A stretch of 62,225 bases of DNA from Macrostomum lignano (lineage: Eukaryota): the NCBI GenBank assembly GCA_002269645.1, contig NIVC01004060.1, forward strand, positions 1-62,225, in the 5' to 3' direction. Shown here piece by piece: positions 59,356-62,225 of the stretch. Positions within the stretch are counted from its first letter, which is position 1. Every line of letters starts with the position of its first letter. Both the position numbers and the translations under genes were made by a program. Under the pieces are notes generated by a model that was not told the DNA's origin, ran no database searches, and saw only the letters and a list, made by a program, of their open reading frames with translations.

Positions 59356-60594
59356 ATGAAGCACTGCCAAGCTGCCGTGGCGCCTGCAGCTCAAACTGCC
59401 GAGGACGCCAGGCGGAAGAAGAATCGAGAGGCGGCTCGGCTTTGCCGGCTGAAGAAGAAGCAGAGGCAGCAGCGGCTCAAAGAGGTACTCGGCTTTGTTT
59501 AGTTGCTATGGGGGAAGCTATTGCCTATTCGAATCCGTCTGTAGGTCTCTAGATTAATGTCGGTGTCTCTAGATGAATATCGCGTCTCCAAATGAATATC
59601 GGTGTCTCTAGATAGATTTCGGGGTCTCTAGATGAATATCGGCGTCTCTAGATGAAAATCGGTGTCTCTAGATGAATATCGGTGTCTCTAGATGAAAATC
59701 GGTGTCTCTAGATGAAAATCGGTGTCTCTAGATGAATATCGGTGTCTCTAGATGAATATCGGTGTCTCTAGATGAATATCGGTGTCTCTAGATGAATATC
59801 TGTGTCTCTAGATGAATATCGGTGTCTCTAGATGAAAATCGGTGTCTCTAGGTGAATATCTGTGTCTCTAGATGAATATCGGTGTCTCTAGATGAATATC
59901 TGTGTCTCTAGATGAATATCGGTGTCTCTAGATAGATTTCGGGTCTCTAGATGAATATCGGCGTCTCTAGATGAAAATCGGTGTCTCTAGATGAATATCG
60001 GTGTCTCTAGATGAAAATCGGTGTCTCTAGATGAATATCGGTGTCTCTAGATGAATATCGGTGTCTCTAGATGAATATCGGTGTCTCTAGATGAAAATCG
60101 GTGTCTCTAGATGAATATCGGTGTCTCTAGATGAATATCGGTGTCTCTAGATAGATTTCGGGGTCTCTAGATGAATATCGGCGTCTCTAGATGAAAATCG
60201 GTGTCTCTAGATGAATATCTGTGTCTCTAGATGAAAATCGGTGTCTCTAGATGAAAATCGGTGTCTCTAGATGAATATCGGTGTCTCTAGGTGAATATCG
60301 CTATATTCATATTCACATCGGTATCCTCATTGCCATTAACCCCTCACGCACGACTCAGCCCTGCTCCTTGCCCACTCGCAGGCTTTCCAGAGTCTGACTG
60401 AGAGAAACCGGCACTTGTCGACGATCGCAGAGAAACTCGGACGACTTTACGCGGCGAGCCTGGCGTACCATGCCAGCCAGAGCGCCTTCCTCGCCTACTT
60501 GAAGCGAAACCCGGGGCTGGTGCGCGACCCGGACACGCGCCCGCTGCTGCAGCACTTCATGGGCGGCCCTTTTCACAGACTGTTGGCTTGCTGA
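59356..60594 (+). CDS. Small spliced bZIP protein (exons 59356-59484 and 60382-60594; 113 aa)
   Basis: RRKKNREAARLCRLKKK basic region. Splicing GAG|gtactc..cgcag|GCT gives L-KEAFQS-L-TERNRH-L-STIAEK-L, a perfect zipper. The donor is weak. Confidence 0.65.
59560..60300. repeat. 20-bp intronic minisatellite
   Basis: Unit gtgtctctagatgaatatcg. Confidence 0.95.
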
Positions 60595-60764
60595 CTGCAA
60601 ATCCACACAAACTGAATGTCTATGATTTTTCCTATGCAGTGTACTTACTATGTCTTTTTACATACATGTCTTTGTTTGTTTAGATCTTGTAAATTTTTCA
60701 TACATACTAGATATTTGATACCTATTTTTTACACGAGGTGATCGATGCTGTCGCCTATTTTACA

Positions 60765-60870
60765 GCTGGGTGAACTGAAGCAATGCAGAGTTGAGTGTCT
60801 TGGTCAAGGACACAAATTGTTCCGTCGAGTGGGTCGAGAATCGAACTCCCGACCTCGAGAATCGAGCGCA
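60765..60870 (-). mobile_element. SINE-like remnant
   Basis: gggtgaactgaagcaat...gtcttggtcaaggacac...gagaatcgaactcccgacc resembles the reverse complement of tRNA-derived invertebrate SINEs. Confidence 0.4.
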
Positions 60871-62225
60871 TGGCTGCGGGCCAAATTATTAAAAAGGAGA
60901 GGAGAAGAGAGAGAAAAAGAGGGGAGAGGAGTGGAGAGGGGAGAGAGGAGAAGAGAGCTGAGAAGAGACACGAACCCCGAGCGGGCAGGATTGCTGCTTT
61001 TGAAATTTCAGAGGACCCTCGGGCCGGATAGAGAGGCTTCGTGGGCCGCATGTGGCCTTCGGGGCGCAGTTTGCCGAGTCCTGCTCCAACCACTAGGCTA
61101 CAACCCTGGAACCCACAATTAAATCTTATTCGATCCCAGTCAGTGAATTTCCTGGGCGACAACAATTCCCCAGCTGCTCTCTGATTGGCCACGAACGTAC
61201 AGCATTTGCAGCGCCAGCCCCATTTTTTCTTACCCCCCAGCCCTGACTGATGGCGCGGCGCACGCTGATTGGCCAGCTGCGGCCCTGTCTATACATGCAC
61301 ATGTACTATGCTGTGTGCCTGCAACCCTGACAGCTAAGCCCAGATCATTGCTGTGGGCCAGATGAGAGAGGAAAGGAGAGGGTATAGAGAGGGAAGAGGA
61401 AAGAGATGAGAGGGGAGAAGAAACGAGAGGAGAGAGCTGAGAAGAGACACAAACCTTGAGCGGGCCGAATTAGCCATGGTGAAGTTTCGAAGGACCCGAG
61501 GCACCTACACCCGTATTTTCATATTAGAATTTAAAGCGAGTCAAACACATTGATGAGGAAGTGCTCAGCGGTATCCAACTAATTCAAATAGTGCTTTGAT
61601 AGATGCCAAAAATATATTTATAATATTGCATATGCAATCAAGATTTGACAGATACATGTATATATAGGATGCAAAGCTAAAAAGGTGAAAGTGAGTCACG
61701 TGACTGATTGGTTAGATTAAAACTCGCCAGTTAGTGCTGTTTTCTGTTGCAATTTCGAACAAAAGCTTTGTGTTAAAAAAACTAGGAGACTAAAAAGCCA
61801 GGGCTGGCGACTGAGGGCGTGAAACTGTGAAGGACAGCTCGATAATTTCGATAAGTAGCAGCGTATAAAAGTCCATCTGTCGAGTTTCGCTGAATCATAT
61901 TGCCGTAATAATGATATTAACTATAGCTTACTAATATAGTCATTAAATATGCAAATGCCGCAGGCGCGCTAGTGAGACTGGCTTAGCAGGTAAAACACAG
62001 TGGGCGGATTGGAAACGACTTACGTCACCTGTCAGTCAAATCGACTCGGCAATTAATGTACTTTTAGCCAGCCAGGGTCAGTGCACTTAGCGATGCAAAA
62101 GCAGCTGAAAAAAAACAAATCGAGCCCCCCTTAGCTCGCCGGCGGCCAGGCCCGCTGGAAATTGTGCCGCTTTCCGCGAAACGCAGCGGCTTGGAACAGC
62201 TGGAACTGCCGGTCCTCCTTGTGCG

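Overview
Eukaryotic (metazoan) genomic DNA with spliced, GC-rich host genes and minisatellite-filled introns. The style resembles a free-living flatworm such as Macrostomum, but this is inference only. The left half (1 to ~31.4 kb) is a decayed virus/retroelement complex. On the minus strand, one colinear run encodes a herpesvirus-gB-like (class III) fusion glycoprotein, a truncated aspartic protease fused directly to a Gypsy-type integrase (no RT/RNase H), a two-repeat TBP-like protein, a deoxynucleoside kinase and a Polinton/Maverick-type protein-primed family B DNA polymerase with an endonuclease VII insert, which runs off the left edge. Upstream lie a SOCS-box ORF, orphan ORFs (one spliced, antisense), two homologous gag genes, a second degenerate integrase and seven co-oriented ~1-kb LTR-like repeats (TGAT...CTCTACA, 4-bp TSDs). 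Three of the viral ORFs have no ATG and begin exactly at phase-0 splice acceptors, which suggests a splicing-resolved polycistron. The right half holds host genes: CFAP53 (5 exons), a peptide-type class A GPCR, THYN1, a Fos/ATF3-like bZIP and a second small spliced bZIP. It also holds Merlin and Penelope fragments, SINE-like pieces, a MITE and many tandem arrays. All homology calls are from motif recognition by eye; no searches were run.
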